Shown here: piece after piece, positions 26,360-39,828 of the stretch
How the letters are laid out: each line of letters opens with the position of its first letter
How positions within the stretch are numbered: position 1 is the first letter of the stretch
Assembly: GCF_009834535.1 (NCBI RefSeq)
Contig: NC_045707.1
Location: 57,972,001-58,036,000, forward strand
Source: Camelus ferus
Lineage: Eukaryota
Direction of reading: 5' to 3'
DNA: 64,000 nt
Notes under the pieces: generated by a model
The model's input: only the letters and a program-made list of their open reading frames with translations
Told to the model about the DNA's origin: nothing
Databases searched by the model: none
Translations under genes and position numbers: made by a program

Positions 26360-27142
26360 ATAGAATAATCCGAGATCATATGCGTGTTTCTGAGACCCTT
26401 TCCAGGGGTCCACAAAGTCAAAATTATTTTCATAATAATACTAAGGTGCTATTTGCCATTTTCACTGTGTTGATATTTGCACTAAGGGTGCAAAAAACAG
26501 TGGGGGTAAAAGTGCTGACAACTTAGCGTTAAGTCAGTGGCAGAAAACTATAGTCAAACATTATTGTAATCTTTGCCACCATTATTTAAGAATATCTTTG
26601 ATGAAGCAACAAAAATGACTGGTTTTTCAAAATCTTAACTCTTGAGTACTCATCTTTTAAATATTTTGGATGAAATTAAAAATACATATAGAGCACTTCT
26701 GACATATTCGGCACTGCCTGTCTTAAAAAAAAAGCAATTATGTAAATGTTTGAGTTGTAAGCTGAATTTTTACAACACTTTTTAATGAATATGAGGAAAA
26801 TGCAAATATTGGAAATTTTGCATCTGATTCCATGAGCCTGATTTTGTCCCAATATTTAAAGATTTTTCTGTTGAGGTCAGTGATGCTATTAACAAACATA
26901 ATATTTTTATATTGTATATGGAAATGTGTCAACATCTGGAAGATTTACATAACTTAAGAAATCAACATTTTTCAAATGACCGATATATGATGTCACAAAA
27001 TCACATATGGGCAAAAGAGTCACTCAAAATGCAAGATAATTTTTAAGGCAACATAGTAACAAATATGGTTTCAGATTCTACATTGCAATAAGTTTTATGA
27101 AACTACCATTTATAGAATTCCAATTTGTTATCAAAGAATATC
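26360..27142. mobile_element. Charlie1-like hAT fossil
   Basis: 'cccttccaggggtccacaaagtcaaaattattttcataataatactaag' and 'atttttcaaatgacc..atgatgtcacaaaatcac'. Confidence 0.75.
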
Positions 27143-27405
27143 TAGGCATTCTAAGCTTGGAGTTCCTCTGCTATGACACAAGCCCACTGTGTGCGGAGCA
27201 CGTACCTGGGCTCCTCTGCATCCCCCCACCAGGGGATTTAGAGAGTAAGAATAATGGATGCAAACATGAGGTTCATGCTGCTTGCTGTGCCATGAGTAAT
27301 GATCCAAGAATTTCATGTCTTCTGCCAGCATCCACAAAACAGGGACAGGCTTATTTGTTAGCTCGTAAGCGAGGTAAAATCTCAAACTATTCACAGTTCT
27401 TGATG
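27143..27405 (+). mobile_element. 3' half of an ERVL LTR (MER21/MER77-like)
   Basis: Terminal 'ttgttagctcgtaagcgaggtaaaatctcaaactattcacagttcttga'. Confidence 0.6.
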
Positions 27406-27749
27406 AGAAATGAGTGAGGAGAAAATCTTTTGACTAGATAAAGTGATGGTGTGAGGCAATCCCAGGGAATGGATTAAAATGGTTAGGATAGAAATAGTCT
27501 AAGGAGGACCACAACTACAGGTCATAGGCAGCCACTGAATGTGTTTATTATGAGTAAAACATGACAAAAGTGTTACTTTAACACAATTAATCTGACTACG
27601 GTATGCCAACAGCAAACATGAAGCTGGAACTAGACCCAAGGAGCAAGAGCCACAGCAATTAACGTTTACTGAGTGCTTATTGCGAAGGCGTTATGATACG
27701 GATTCAATTTAATTCCCTTTATGACTGAACAAGGTCATTATAATAAATA

Positions 27750-28120
27750 TTAATACTTAAACAGTGCTTGCTAAGTGAACAGCTTTAAACACATAAACTC
27801 ACTAAAGATGCTCAACAATGTTATAAGATGGTACTACTATTATCACCACTATACAAATAAGGAAACCAAGACATCTAAACATTTAGTAACTTGCCTAAGG
27901 TCACAACAAAGCACAGACAAGCGAATGGTAGAGGTAGGATTTGACCCTAGGAAACTTTTCTCCCAGAAACTGTGTTCTTAACCACTATTCTATACTTCCT
28001 CTTTCGTAAGACATGCACAATCACTATACCCATTCTACAGCTATGTAAAGAAGTACAGCAAAATTGTCACCTACCCAAAGCAATAAAGCCAGTAAGAGGT
28101 AAAGCCGAGAGTACTTCACT
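27750..28120 (-). mobile_element. MIR fragments
   Basis: 'taacttgcctaaggtcacaac..gtagaggtaggatttgaccctagg'. Confidence 0.7.
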
Positions 28121-28204
28121 AATTTTAAATAGAGACTACATAGTCATTTGTATAAATGTCAATTTGTAGACTTAATTTCGTTCTTTTCAACTGACCACCC
28201 CCTT

Positions 28205-28700
28205 TCTTATTTATTTATTTATTTTTTTGGTTTGGTACAGTTGTACATTACAACACGATTACCGCTGTAGTGTTACCTAACACCTTTATCATGTCACATA
28301 ATTATCATTTCTTTCTTGTGTTAAGAACAGTTAACATCGATTCTCTTGGCAACTTTGAAGTTTATAATACAGTATTGATGACTATAATCACTATGTTGTG
28401 CATGAGATTGCCAGAACTTATTCATCTACCAGTTGCAAGTTTGTACCCTTGAACAACAGCGCCCCATTCCCCCATCTCCCAGCCCCTAACCTCCATTCTT
28501 CTTGCTGTCTTTACAAATTCAGGTTTGTTGTTTTGTTGTTGTTGTTGTTGTTGTTTTAAAGATTCCACGTGTAAGTGATAAGGGTAGTTGTCTTTCTCTG
28601 ACTTAATCTCATTTTGGATAATGCCTTTAAGTTCCAACCATGTTGTCGCAGATGGCAGGATTTTCTTCTTTCTTCTGGCTGAATAATATTTACATATACA
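28205..28700 (-). mobile_element. L1 3' UTR fragment (L1MA-like) with internal (TTG)n
   Basis: 'catgttgtcgcagatggcaggattttcttctttcttctggctgaataata'; (TTG)n at about 28527-28554. Confidence 0.8.
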
Positions 28701-28744
28701 TATATACATATGTATATGGTTTTGATTTAAAAGAATTCTTTTGA

Positions 28745-29385
28745 TTACTGTTATGCAGAGGGCCCTGACTCAGACTTAAACTAGACCTGCACTCATTATC
28801 CTGGTGACCAAAATAGGCAAATGAGGTAAGCAATGTCTTACCGGATGACATCACTTAACTTAGGACTCTGAGAGTGACTAGAATCCAGCTGAAAACTCAG
28901 CGTCGGCAACAACTGGAAGCAGGGCCCCACTCTCCCCCTTTCTCTCTCTTCCTCTGGTATCTCTGCTTCTCTCTGACCATTGACGTCATTCTCAAGTCAG
29001 ATTTTCTCCATGAAGCTGAAACTACGTCTGTTGTCATCTCCAGGCTCACACCTTACTAGCTTCACCAGCAAAAAGGGAAAAAAAACTTCCCCAATTACAG
29101 TTCAAAAAATACCCAGGAAAGGACTCCACTTAGTCTAGCTTGAGTCATCAACTCACTTTATGACTAATCTTTGTGAGCAGGAGGGTAATGCACTCACCCA
29201 GGTCACTGATCCATCCCTGGAAGGGGGCAGGGCTGGGATCTATAAGGAGCAAGCCAGGAAATAATGATTGGTAGTCCCTTCCACAACCATGTGATTGTAG
29301 TTCAACAGCTATTCCCTAAAAGAAGTAGCCCTGGAAGGGGTGGGGGGATGGTCTCAGACAACCAAGAGTAATAGCTCTTGACAAC
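28745..29385 (-). mobile_element. Old MLT1-type LTR
   Basis: 'ccaggaaaggactccacttagtctagcttgagtcatc', 'gtagtcccttccacaaccatgtgatt'. Confidence 0.5.
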
Positions 29386-29947
29386 ATCTGAAAAGGGATT
29401 CTTTCTATTTGGCTTTGGTATCCTTGACATTTGAAACACATTTTGGAATTTAGTACATAATTCAGTTCAGTACAAGGCTGGGTTTCATTGCCTTACTCAC
29501 AGATATCTGGACTTCTCTAATGAGACAGTGATCTCCTTGGGGAAGGGGACTGAGCTCATACAGGGTATTTTCATACATGGAGTAAATTCCTGTTAAAATA
29601 ACGTTCAGCCAACCTTCGTGGCCACACTGTAAATGTGAAAAGCTTTCTTGGGTTGAGGGCAACAGTAGTTTTAGGGAGACTGCCATTGTTCCCAAGCAGA
29701 TGGTCCCCACATTGCTTTGTCTTTATAGCACTAACAGCTCACTGTCACTAACAGCTCCGTGTAGTTGAATTAAATGCCCATTGATTTCTGACTCTATGAT
29801 GGTACTTAATACATTCCAGGTTTTTTAATGTTTATATTATACTCTTAACACAGCTTGTTTTTAAACTTAAAATAGTATCTACTATTTTTTAAGCACTTAG
29901 TTTGGTGTTTTTATGTATCTTAGAAAATTCAGCGAAGCTAGGATTTA

Positions 29948-29973
29948 CACACAGACACACAGACACAGACACA

Positions 29974-30014
<41 letters not shown>
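29948..30014. repeat. Compound (ACACAG)n(AC)n microsatellite
   Basis: Directly visible. Confidence 0.95.
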
Positions 30015-30018
<4 letters not shown>

Positions 30019-31549
30019 AAGATGACTGTAGAAGCTGAGGTCTAGAGAGACTTAGAAGTGTGCCCAAGCTCACAACCCTTGTGTGTGGTATAGTCAGAGT
30101 TCCCATACAAGTCTGTCTGACATCTAAGCCTGCCTTATGGCACTATTTGGCAAAAAAAAGAAAAAATCACATCTTAATTGCATCCCTAGCTATTGCACAG
30201 TTAATGTTTCCTTTGAAAGCCATTAGTGTACATTCAGTCCAAGCACAAATGTTCACCTCCTAACATAGTGACACTTTCCCTTCCACACACCCAGCACGGA
30301 ATTTCCAAACATTCATAATCATCTTCACGTTAAGCTACTTGTTTAGAAAAGTCATCATCTTGAACACTTTTGGCTGTCAAGAACTGGGACAAATTTGAGT
30401 TCTCATGGCCCAGAGATGATTTTCTAAAATTACCTTCAGGAACAAAATCATCACCAAGATTTTGGTTGGTGAGAAGAAAAACTCTGGGTTTTTTTAAATT
30501 TTGGGGGGTTTTTTGTTTGTTTTTTTTTTTCCTTACCAAAGAGATCTTCCTCACATGTTCTAAAAACCTAATTTGGGGCAAATATCAAAACCAGCTTCAA
30601 CCAAAAAAAAAAAAAAAAAAAAAGAATGAGTAATAGCCAACCATTAGCTAAAGGCCTTGAACACATCACTCGTGTCAACACCTCTCCTTCGGGAAGCCAT
30701 GATGTTAGAGTCACCAAGAAAGGCAAAAGAAAAAATACTTCACTGAGCCATGTGAACCCAGCAGGGATGACTAAAGAGAACGGCCAAGTGGTCCATAAGC
30801 AGGATAACTGTGGGTAGGAAGGGAACCATGAGGTCTAACCCAAAACTGTTTATATTTCATAATGATGACTACAGAATCACATGAGATAAAACACATTTGG
30901 TACCAAAAGTAAAGATGTTTCTCTGTTTGTAATTATAGAATAAACTCAGTAAACATGATCTGAATCCAACAAGATTCCCTAAATTTTCCTCTGGAACTAA
31001 AAGGACCCAAAGAGTTTAGACAATGCATTTTGGGGTTATAGTTATTTTTTCCCCCTCCTTTTGTTTTCTGAAAGAAGTTGGAGTGTACCAGCTGATGTCA
31101 CTGACATAGCTTGACATTGCTGCTGGAGAGGAGATAGAAACAAAAGACAAGGAGACAGATTTAAATTGACATTCTCTTGACTTCACTGGTTGCTGAAAAA
31201 GTACTCTTCCTAACAAATTGGAGCCTAACTGTAATGGAAAGAAACTCACAGCCTAACTGTAATGGAAGGAAAGTCCTGTGATAGCTTAAAGAAATGTACA
31301 AATGGTATTATGTGTGATGATTTTGATATCAAATCTTCATATACTCTTGTTTATCTGAATAGTCAAGAACATAAAATAACATATTGTCTGTATGCTGTGT
31401 ACATATACTCTAATAACTTTAATAGTAACTTACGTTTTTTGGAAGGAGAGAACTTATTTGTTTTATGTATGGGTTTGGGTTTGGGATGTGTGTGTGTGTT
31501 TGTAAGCCATTTTTTAAGAAAAAAATATTATATATCCACACAATTATAT

Positions 31550-33430
31550 GGTGGGTAACACAAAAGAAGAAAGTCTCATTTATAATAGTGACAATAAAAG
31601 AAAAAATTCCAAGGAATAAATATAATATAAAATTTGCAAATTTATGTGAAGACTTTTTTTTAAAACACTGAGACAGGGGACCAAAGAGACCAGACAGCTG
31701 GAAAGGCACCATGTTCTTAGATAGGAACACAAGAATACCGATTTCCCCTACTATAATTTAAAAATTAATATGATTTCATTAAAATAACCATAGAATTTTT
31801 ACAGCTGGATAAGCTAATTCCAAAGTTTACATATAAAATAAACATAAAAGAACAACTAGGATAGATCTGCAAAAAAAAAAAAAAAGTTTTGTAAAGTGGA
31901 GGAAGTAGCCTTATTAGATATTTATAGATATTTATAACATATTATAAAGCCATGGTAATTAAAATAATCTGTACCTGCACAAGACTAGACAGAGTCAACA
32001 AAACACTACAAAAAGCCCAAAATTAGAGTCGAATACATACAAGAACTAAGCATTTAATGAATATGGCATTATAAATTGTGGGGAAAGACAAATTAATAAA
32101 TGGTGTTGGAAAACAAGGTAATCATCTGGAAAACAAGTTTACTCTATCTGTAGCACCTTTACACATAATACATTTCAGATGGATAACTTATAAACATGCA
32201 AAAACTCAAATATGAAAGTTGCAGAAGAAACCATGCTGGGTTTTTAAAAATACAATCTTATGAATGGATAAAGAAGATATGGTATATATATATATACAAT
32301 GTAACTAACACTACTGAGCCATAGAAAAAGATGAAATCTTGCCATTTGGGACAACGTGGATGGACCTTGAGGATACTATGCTAGAAGAAATGTCAGACAA
32401 GGAAGGCAAATACCATATGATTTGGCTCATATGTGGAATATTAAAAACAAAAACACAAACAGAGTAAGTGATTAAACCAAACTAAACACGTAGATAGAGT
32501 AGTGATTACCAGAGGGGAAGGGGTGGAGGGAGGGTGAAATATGTAAAGGGGATCAACTGTATGGTGATAGATGAAACTAAAATTTTAGAGATGAGCATGC
32601 TGTAATGTATACAAAATCAGAAATACAATGTTGTACACATGAAACGTATATAATGCTATAAGCCAATGTTATTACCTCAATTAAAAAAAAAAACCCAAAA
32701 ACCAAACAAACAAAAAGATGGGCCAAGACAGTTCAGCTTATTAAAGGCCTTTGAAATATAAAAACAATAAATAAATAATACATAAAATATAATCTTAGGA
32801 TCTGGGAGACTTTCTGAGTATGATTCAAAACCTAAATGCATAATAGCACAAACAAATACAACTATAAGAAAGCAAAATTTTCTGCATAGCAAAAACTATC
32901 ATGAGCACAATGAAAAGACAAATGACAGACTTAGAAAATAAATTTCAAAGTATCAAAGTACCTGATATTTCAGGGCTATATTAAGGGCTCACACAAGTCA
33001 AATAGCAAAGCCATTTAACCACTAGGGAAAAAAAAATACAGGAAGAGTACAGACAGTTTATAGAAAAGAAGTAAAAATGAGAGAAATGCAAATAAACTTC
33101 ACACTGAAATGTCATTTTTCACCTACCAAATAGGCAAAGATCCAGAAGTTTTATGCACAGTCTGTTGGCAAGTATATTGGGAACGGGCACGCTCATGCTT
33201 GTTGACAGGAGTGGGTATTGGTGAAACCTCTTTGGAGTAAATTATAACAATGTCTATCAAAGCTACAAGTATGCATACTCTTTAGCCCAGCAAAGGTTAT
33301 CCTCAGATTTACTCACACACATGTGTGAATATGAAGGCATAAGATTATACATGACAGCTTTTTTTAATAGCAAATTATTGGAAAAACTTAATATTCTCCA
33401 ATGGGAGCTGGCAAAATCAAAGTTAGTCCA
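31550..33430 (+). mobile_element. Old L1M ORF2 remnant containing a nested younger L1
   Basis: Collinear degenerate ORF2 motifs such as 'aagctaattccaaagtttacat', 'aataaatggtgttggaaaac', 'gagaaatgcaaataaa'. Confidence 0.75.
32261..32783 (+). mobile_element. Nested L1 3' end with 3' transduction
   Basis: 'gccatttgggacaacgtggatggaccttgagg'; TSD aaaata(c/t)aatctta at 32247-32260 and 32784-32797. Confidence 0.85.
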
Positions 33431-33499
33431 TTTATTTCACTGTTTACTTCACACAACTCCAAACAACAAAAAAGGCAGAAAACAGACACAACATATTTA

Positions 33500-33628
33500 T
33501 GGTGACCCAAAATTGCAGTTTCTAGGGCAGTCTATGTTTATGCTTTTGCCCTGACATTCCATCCAATTAGCATTGCCTTTTACTCTCAAAAGTGTCCCTG
33601 TCTATAATGATAAATAATTGTCATCCTA
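33500..33628. mobile_element. MER94-like hAT-Blackjack MITE
   Basis: 'ggtgaccc...ttactctcaaaagtgtccctg..gataaataattgtcatccta'. Confidence 0.7.
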
Positions 33629-33769
33629 AGTCTACTTCTTGGGAGTGAGGGAAAGAGCGCGAGATATGGAGCAGAATATGGGGTTGGATAAAAGGAAAAA
33701 GAAGGAAAAAGCAATTTGATGTTTCCCAGGCAACCTAGTACTACTCAGTTCTCCTCTTGATGCAATCAA

Positions 33770-34010
33770 GACCATAGGTCTCTGGAGCCAGCTACCCTGA
33801 GTTCAAACCCTGGCTTCACTACTGAGAAGTCATATGACCTTCGGAAATTTTTTAATTTCTTGCTACCTCAGTTTCCTCATCTATAAAATAGGGATACTAG
33901 TAGCCATCTCATAAGGTTATTGCAAGGATTAGATGAGCTAACGTGTATGTAGTACTTAACACAGTGTCTGACACCTACAAAGCACTGCAGAAGTATTTCT
34001 ATTACTGTGA
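33770..34010 (+). mobile_element. MIR SINE
   Basis: 'tctggagccag..gagttcaaaccctggcttcac..cctcagtttcctcatctataaaataggg'. Confidence 0.9.
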
Positions 34011-34419
34011 TGCATAGTTTGACATAGTCAACACATAAAACACTTAATGGCTAAAAGAAATCACATTTAAGACCTAAATATAAACTGGATTCACTCATTC
34101 AACAATTTTTCATTGAGCGCTTATATTTAAAGTCTGAGTTAAGCTCTAGGGGAATAAAATTGTATAAAACACATTAGGAAACTAAGGTGAGTTGGTATAT
34201 AGCTCATACACATAAGATGACACTCTGTTTTACTATAAGATTTATTGACTATAGCTTTAACTCAACTAAATTCAGCAAAAACAAATGGTTTAGTTTCTAG
34301 TATTTTGTTAGTCTCTTAATTATCTGGCAATCTTAATAAAACTTCAGAATACAAACCTATTAATATAGACCAATTAGCTAACACTGAACAATAAATGAGG
34401 ACTTAAAGGTACGCTCATG

Positions 34420-34650
34420 GTCAAGAACTAGACCTTTGGAACCAAGGAAGGCTGAGGTTTGAAACTGGTTCTGCCACTTCATGTGTGACCTTGGGTAAGT
34501 TATGTAAACTTCCTATCCATTCCTTCTACATATTAAAAACGAGTAACTATAGCTACCTACTTCAAGTGTAGTGATGAGGATTAAATGTAGGGCATTTACC
34601 TTGTGCTCAGCATATAATAAATGCTTAATAAATATTTGCTAGCATCATTA
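34420..34650 (+). mobile_element. MIR SINE
   Basis: 'ctgccacttcatgtgtgaccttgggtaagtta'. Confidence 0.75.
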
Positions 34651-36468
34651 TTTTTATTTCTCCAAATTTAAATAAACAAGTTATTTTTCTATCCGTATTA
34701 CTTCTTCTCCCCCATTTGCCTCCATTTAAGCAAATGAGACAAAAGATAATTTGTTCTTATTAGATATTCAATATTTTAAAATGTATTTTCAAAAAACAGT
34801 GACTTGCTGATATTTCTCATAGCAGAAGTATAAACGAACTCCCCTCTAGGGAGTTTAGGTGATTTTAGATTTCCTATTTAGGCAGGGCCCTGATCTAGAA
34901 GATACAACTTCTTGTAATCCTGTTCTGATACACAGCGCAAGGGATGGAGCTATTAAGACTGTTTCCTCCTCTTGCATGAACCCATCTATCTGTAGGATGA
35001 GGACCCAGTTAGTGGAAGTTCACTTTAAGAGACAACTGCGAGTTCCTTCTTCCACACATATCTATAGTACCAAAACTTTTCAGCTGTACACCATCTCCCT
35101 TACGGTTGCTTTCTAAGACAAAAGAAAAGCTTTGCTAAGTTATCTAAGTTTGTAGGTATTTGATTTATCATCTTAGAGTACTAAATTTGAAAACAATTTA
35201 AAATCATCTGAAGATTTAAAAAGAAAAGAAGTTGATAAGTTACTGATATAATTACTAAATTGCATCTTAGGAATTTTAATGTCACATGTTCTAATGGGAA
35301 AAAAAAAGCATGTTTGAGAACTAAAAAGATTAACTGAGAACTGAAAATGGAGTCAGGTATTTTTAGGAATCTTTTGTAGTGTTTTAATGTCAGCTTAAGA
35401 AACAAAGTAAAATGTTTGTTTCTCATGTTGCTAGGCAACATTCCAGGTTTGATTTGGTTTCCAGTCATTTTAAATAACAGTGCCATGATTATAACAATAA
35501 TAAACAGCATCACCTCTTTCTCAATTTAATATTAAGATACTTAAGAACAGTTAGCTTTAGTGAAGAAGTCATTATTACCTAACAGGCTTTTTTCATTGTT
35601 TTCCATATCCTTATTTTAGAATCCTGGAACCACATACTGTACTCTCTAAAGAATAACTTGCATTCCAACTGTGCATTAGGCTGTATTTCTATTTTAGATT
35701 AGAAATCTGCATAAAATTTAAGATACTGAACTTTGTAACCTGTTCTCTGAGTTTCTATGCACTCTTATTTTCATAACCCTGAATCATCAACTATTCTCTT
35801 TTTAAGAAGGCAAGGGAGCAGAATGCACCTTAGAGACATTTGTGCTCAAAATAGTTGAAATGTTGCTACAGAAGAGGGATAAACTTCAGATATTTGAAAA
35901 CAAACAAAAAATCCCACAGACATAAAAGCGTAATGCTCCAACCAAGTGAGAGGTATTAGTTGTCCCTACTGATGTGTTTTTGTGAGTTTTTAACACAGAT
36001 GATATTTTTTGTTCTCTTCTAACTATAATGTACCTTTTAATTATTTTTTAAAAGTCAGACACTGCAAAGGAGGACAAAATGAAAAGTAACATCCCTTTTC
36101 CTACCTCCTTCTACAGTTTAGTCCTACTCTTCAGGAACAATCACTACCAACATGTTCTTGTGAATACACATGTTTTTAAATTCTGCTTGGAAACTGATGT
36201 TTTAGATTTTGACACCCAACTCAACACAATGTTACCACTCAACCAAGAGTTTGTTTTAAAAAAAAAAAAAAGAAAGAAAAGAGCAACTTTTTCCAGCAAA
36301 AAACTACATCCCTGAAACAACCCAAACCTCTCCCTTCTGGCTCTTCTCCCACGGTACCTCTTTCTTTCCGTTCCATTTCGGGACAGCACGCACACTCAGT
36401 CCAAGGACTCAACTAACTACCAATATTGGATGGAAATTCTAGGCATACACTTTTAAAAGGTTAATGTT

Positions 36469-36714
36469 CGGGATTTGCAGATACTAACTACTATATATAA
36501 AATAGATAAGCAACAAGTTCATACTGTGTAGCACAGGGAACTATACTCAATACCCTATAATAACCTGTAATGAAAAAGAACATGAAAAGGAATATATATG
36601 TATAACTGAATCACTATGCTGTACACCAGGAACTAACACAACATTGTAAATCAACTCTACTTCAATAAAGAATAAAAAATTTTTTTAAATCCATACATTC
36701 AAAAAAAAAAAAAA
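36469..36714 (+). mobile_element. Young L1 3' end with a short extra segment and second poly(A)
   Basis: 'gatttgcagatactaactactatatataaaatagataag'; TSD aaaag(g/a)ttaa(t/c)gtt at 36455-36468 and 36715-36728. Confidence 0.9.
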
Positions 36715-37139
36715 AAAAGATTAACGTTTCTAAAGCAGTTTCCCAGTACTTAGCTTGGTCTAACTTTAAAGTACCGAACAAGCTCTCCCGGTTTCCCTTC
36801 TGTCTTCCTCTCTCTCTCCCCTTCTCTTTCACCTCCTTCTCCTCCTCCCCCCATGATTTCTTTATTAACTTTCTTTTGTTTTTATTATTTATTCTCATTT
36901 GTACTTCACATAAAAGGCTGGAGGGCTGGAATGATCTCGGCCCCTTACAGGAAATCCATTTTAGGTATACATGTAAACAGAAGCTACACTAAGAAATTAC
37001 AGTTGAGAGCCCTTATCTCTCTCTCTCTCACATACACCCCCCACCCCCCCACCCCCCACATTTGGAACCTCTGCCATAAGCTGTTTTTCCAAACCACTCC
37101 TCTGCCACCACACTCTGGATTAAAGCCATCCTGGGTATT

Positions 37140-37725
37140 CAGTTTACTGCTTGTCATCAACACTTTTTAAGGTGCCTGCCCAGCTCATGCCCTCTTCTGA
37201 GAGCTGCCTCCTCCAGATACGGTCCCAGCTGTTATATCACACGACCTCATTCCTCCTTGGCCAACAGCTGATTGGGTCAGGGTGGACATCTGACCCTTGC
37301 GCTGGTCCCATCAGACCCTATCACTGGAGAAACTGAACTAAGAGCCCAGGAACTGGGAATCAGCTCAAGCTCAAAAGATGCCGTAGTGTTAGGAATGAGA
37401 GTGGCCATTTGGGTATAATTGTGCTGATGGGGAAGCAGAAAGAACCAGATTTCAGAGAGAAGAGAGCAAAATAACAGATTCAGAAACATGCAGAGGCATG
37501 AGACCATATGACCAGAGAAAGCAAAAACAAGACCAAGAATATAAGAGAGAACAAATCTTTCTTAATTACTGACATCTTTCCATTTCTTCATAAAGCAACA
37601 GATGTATTTTCTGATCCTGAATCCTTTAAGACATCCCGGAATTCTTATAATAAGCTCACATTGCTTTAATCTAGCTTGACTGGGCTTCTAAGTTTTACAA
37701 CCAAAAAAAACAAAGTCCCTGATTA
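37140..37725 (+). mobile_element. Old MLT1-type LTR
   Basis: 'ggccaacagctgattgggtcagggtggacatctgaccc', terminal 'ctagcttgactgggcttct..ttacaaccaaaa'. Confidence 0.6.
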
Positions 37726-39049
37726 TAATCTCTCTTACTCGCTCTCTCTATCGCTTCTCTCTCTCCCCCCCCCCCTCTCTTCTTCCTTGGTTTTTCCTAA
37801 TCCAAAGCATAATGCCATCTGGATATTTTCTCTTAATTTCTGAATCGTGCCCAGAAACCACATGGCAGATAGTCAATAAATGTCAGTAGATCTTCGTAGC
37901 ATCAGGAACACACACAATAGGGTCAACTGCACAATTCAGTATAAGCCTATGTTTTGAGGGGGTAATGCTGAGGCACTGCATCAGGTACTGTATAGTCATC
38001 AACTCTTTTCTTAAAGCAAACATTCAAGATGAGAGTTACAGGTTCCTCTTATAGATGACAAAATAGGAGCCTGAGAACAATATAGAATAATGCTACTCCA
38101 AAACACATGGCTAAAATGCTAAAGAATTAGAGTTGCAGCCCCAATTTATCCAGTGCCCAGTAAACTCTCTACTGCATTAAACCCATATACTCCATATACT
38201 TTGTTTTTCAATACAATACATAGACTTAAAGAAGCCCAATCCCTCACTGGAATCCTCACCAAAAAATGAAAAAGAGATGATGAAAGCAAGAAGTCTTAAG
38301 CCTTCCTGGAGCCAAAGAAGCAATGTTGCAACACAACAACAAAATGAAGGAATGAATAAGTTCTGTGCAGAGAAAAGCACATTAAGAAAATGGACAGGAC
38401 TTTGCTTCCACCTCAGTACCGAGGCAGAAGAGAGAAATTTCTTCCACTTCATTAGCAAATCAGAGAACATGCAGAACAAGGAGGGTGGGCAAGTCGACAC
38501 GCACCTCAGCCATCCTCAGCAGAAGGAGCAATGGTTACAGATGTTTCACAGAGCCCACTGGACTCTGAAAGCTTCAAGAGGGCAGGAGCCCTGTGCTGCA
38601 GCATGTGGCATGTATCAGGAGCTCAGTTAATCCTACTGGGTGAGTGAACTCTGACCTCTGTAAGTTTCAGCAACTGCACAGGTGCTGATAGTCCTAAGTA
38701 GGAAGAGAGCTGCAGAAATACAGCTGATGCTGATGACAACTGAAAGGATGAAATCTGAGCAAGTGCTGATGGAAAGATTGATAGATAATCCTCTGTAAAA
38801 AGGGCAGAGGTGAGGATGTCCTCAACAATGCAGAGTAACCATTTGGACACAAACAAGAATGGAAGAAGAATTAGCATAGAACACAGGAGAATCAGTGAAT
38901 GACAGAGAATCAGGGGAATATATTTAGAATAGAATACAGAAGAAAAAAATTAATAAATTTTCCTTAGTGACACCTCCAGAAGAAGTTTGCTAGTATTCTA
39001 GGGGAAAGGGTTGGAAGTTAATGCTGTGAATACACAATATATCATACAA

Positions 39050-39340
39050 TAATAATAATGATAGTATATAATAATAATAATATAATAATCTGGCTAAATT
39101 TTATCAAGGACTTACAAAAGTACTTTAAGTGAATTCATTCATTCAAACTTTGAATACTGACAACGACCCTATGAAGTGGCTACCATTATTAATTCCATTT
39201 TTGCAGACAAAGAAACAGAAAGTCAAAGAGGCAAAGTAATTTCCTCAAGATGAAAAAGCTTGTAAGTGATAAAACCAAGTTTCTAGTCCAAGCTATATAG
39301 GACATTAGGGTTCATTTTCATAACCACTGAATCCAACCAC
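39050..39340 (-). mobile_element. MIR SINE
   Basis: 'caacgaccctatgaagtgg..ccatttttgcagacaaagaaacag'. Confidence 0.7.
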
Positions 39341-39559
39341 CCTTGGTCAATGTAAACTGTACAAAATATATTCTTCAGTGTGGTTTCAGTCATTCTCACC
39401 CCATTGTACTGAGTTTAAAAGAGTGAACCCCTTTCTGGCACTGCTATCCATTATATCTGGTCCAAGTCAGCTCCACTGGACATTTGTAGAGACTGATGTA
39501 GTGGCCAGATCTTCTATCTGTTCCCTGCCTATAACCACTCAGAATTTGTCCCTCATCAA

Positions 39560-39762
39560 GGAAAGAAAAAGTTTTTTTCTTTTTCTTTTATTTTGTATCT
39601 ATATGAGGTGATGGATGTTAACTAAACTCATTGTGATAATCATTTCATGATACATGTAAGTCAGAACATTATGCAGTACACCTTAAACGTATACAGTGCT
39701 CTAGGTCAATTACATCTCAATAAAACTGGAAGAAAAAGAAGTCTATGTTAAAAAAAAAAAAC
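39560..39762 (+). mobile_element. L1 3' end (L1MB-like)
   Basis: 'atgaggtgatggatgttaactaaac..tacatctcaataaaactgga'; degenerate TSD near 39541-39557 and 39763-39779. Confidence 0.8.
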
Positions 39763-39828
39763 AAAACTTGCCCTTCATCCATGACAACAGGACCTAAATA
39801 TAAATAAGTCGAAGTCATTGCTTTTAAA

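Noticed and set aside
30330..30817. Protein-like short ORFs on both strands
   Set aside because: No recognisable homology, no convincing splice-site pair, and they run through homopolymer tracts.
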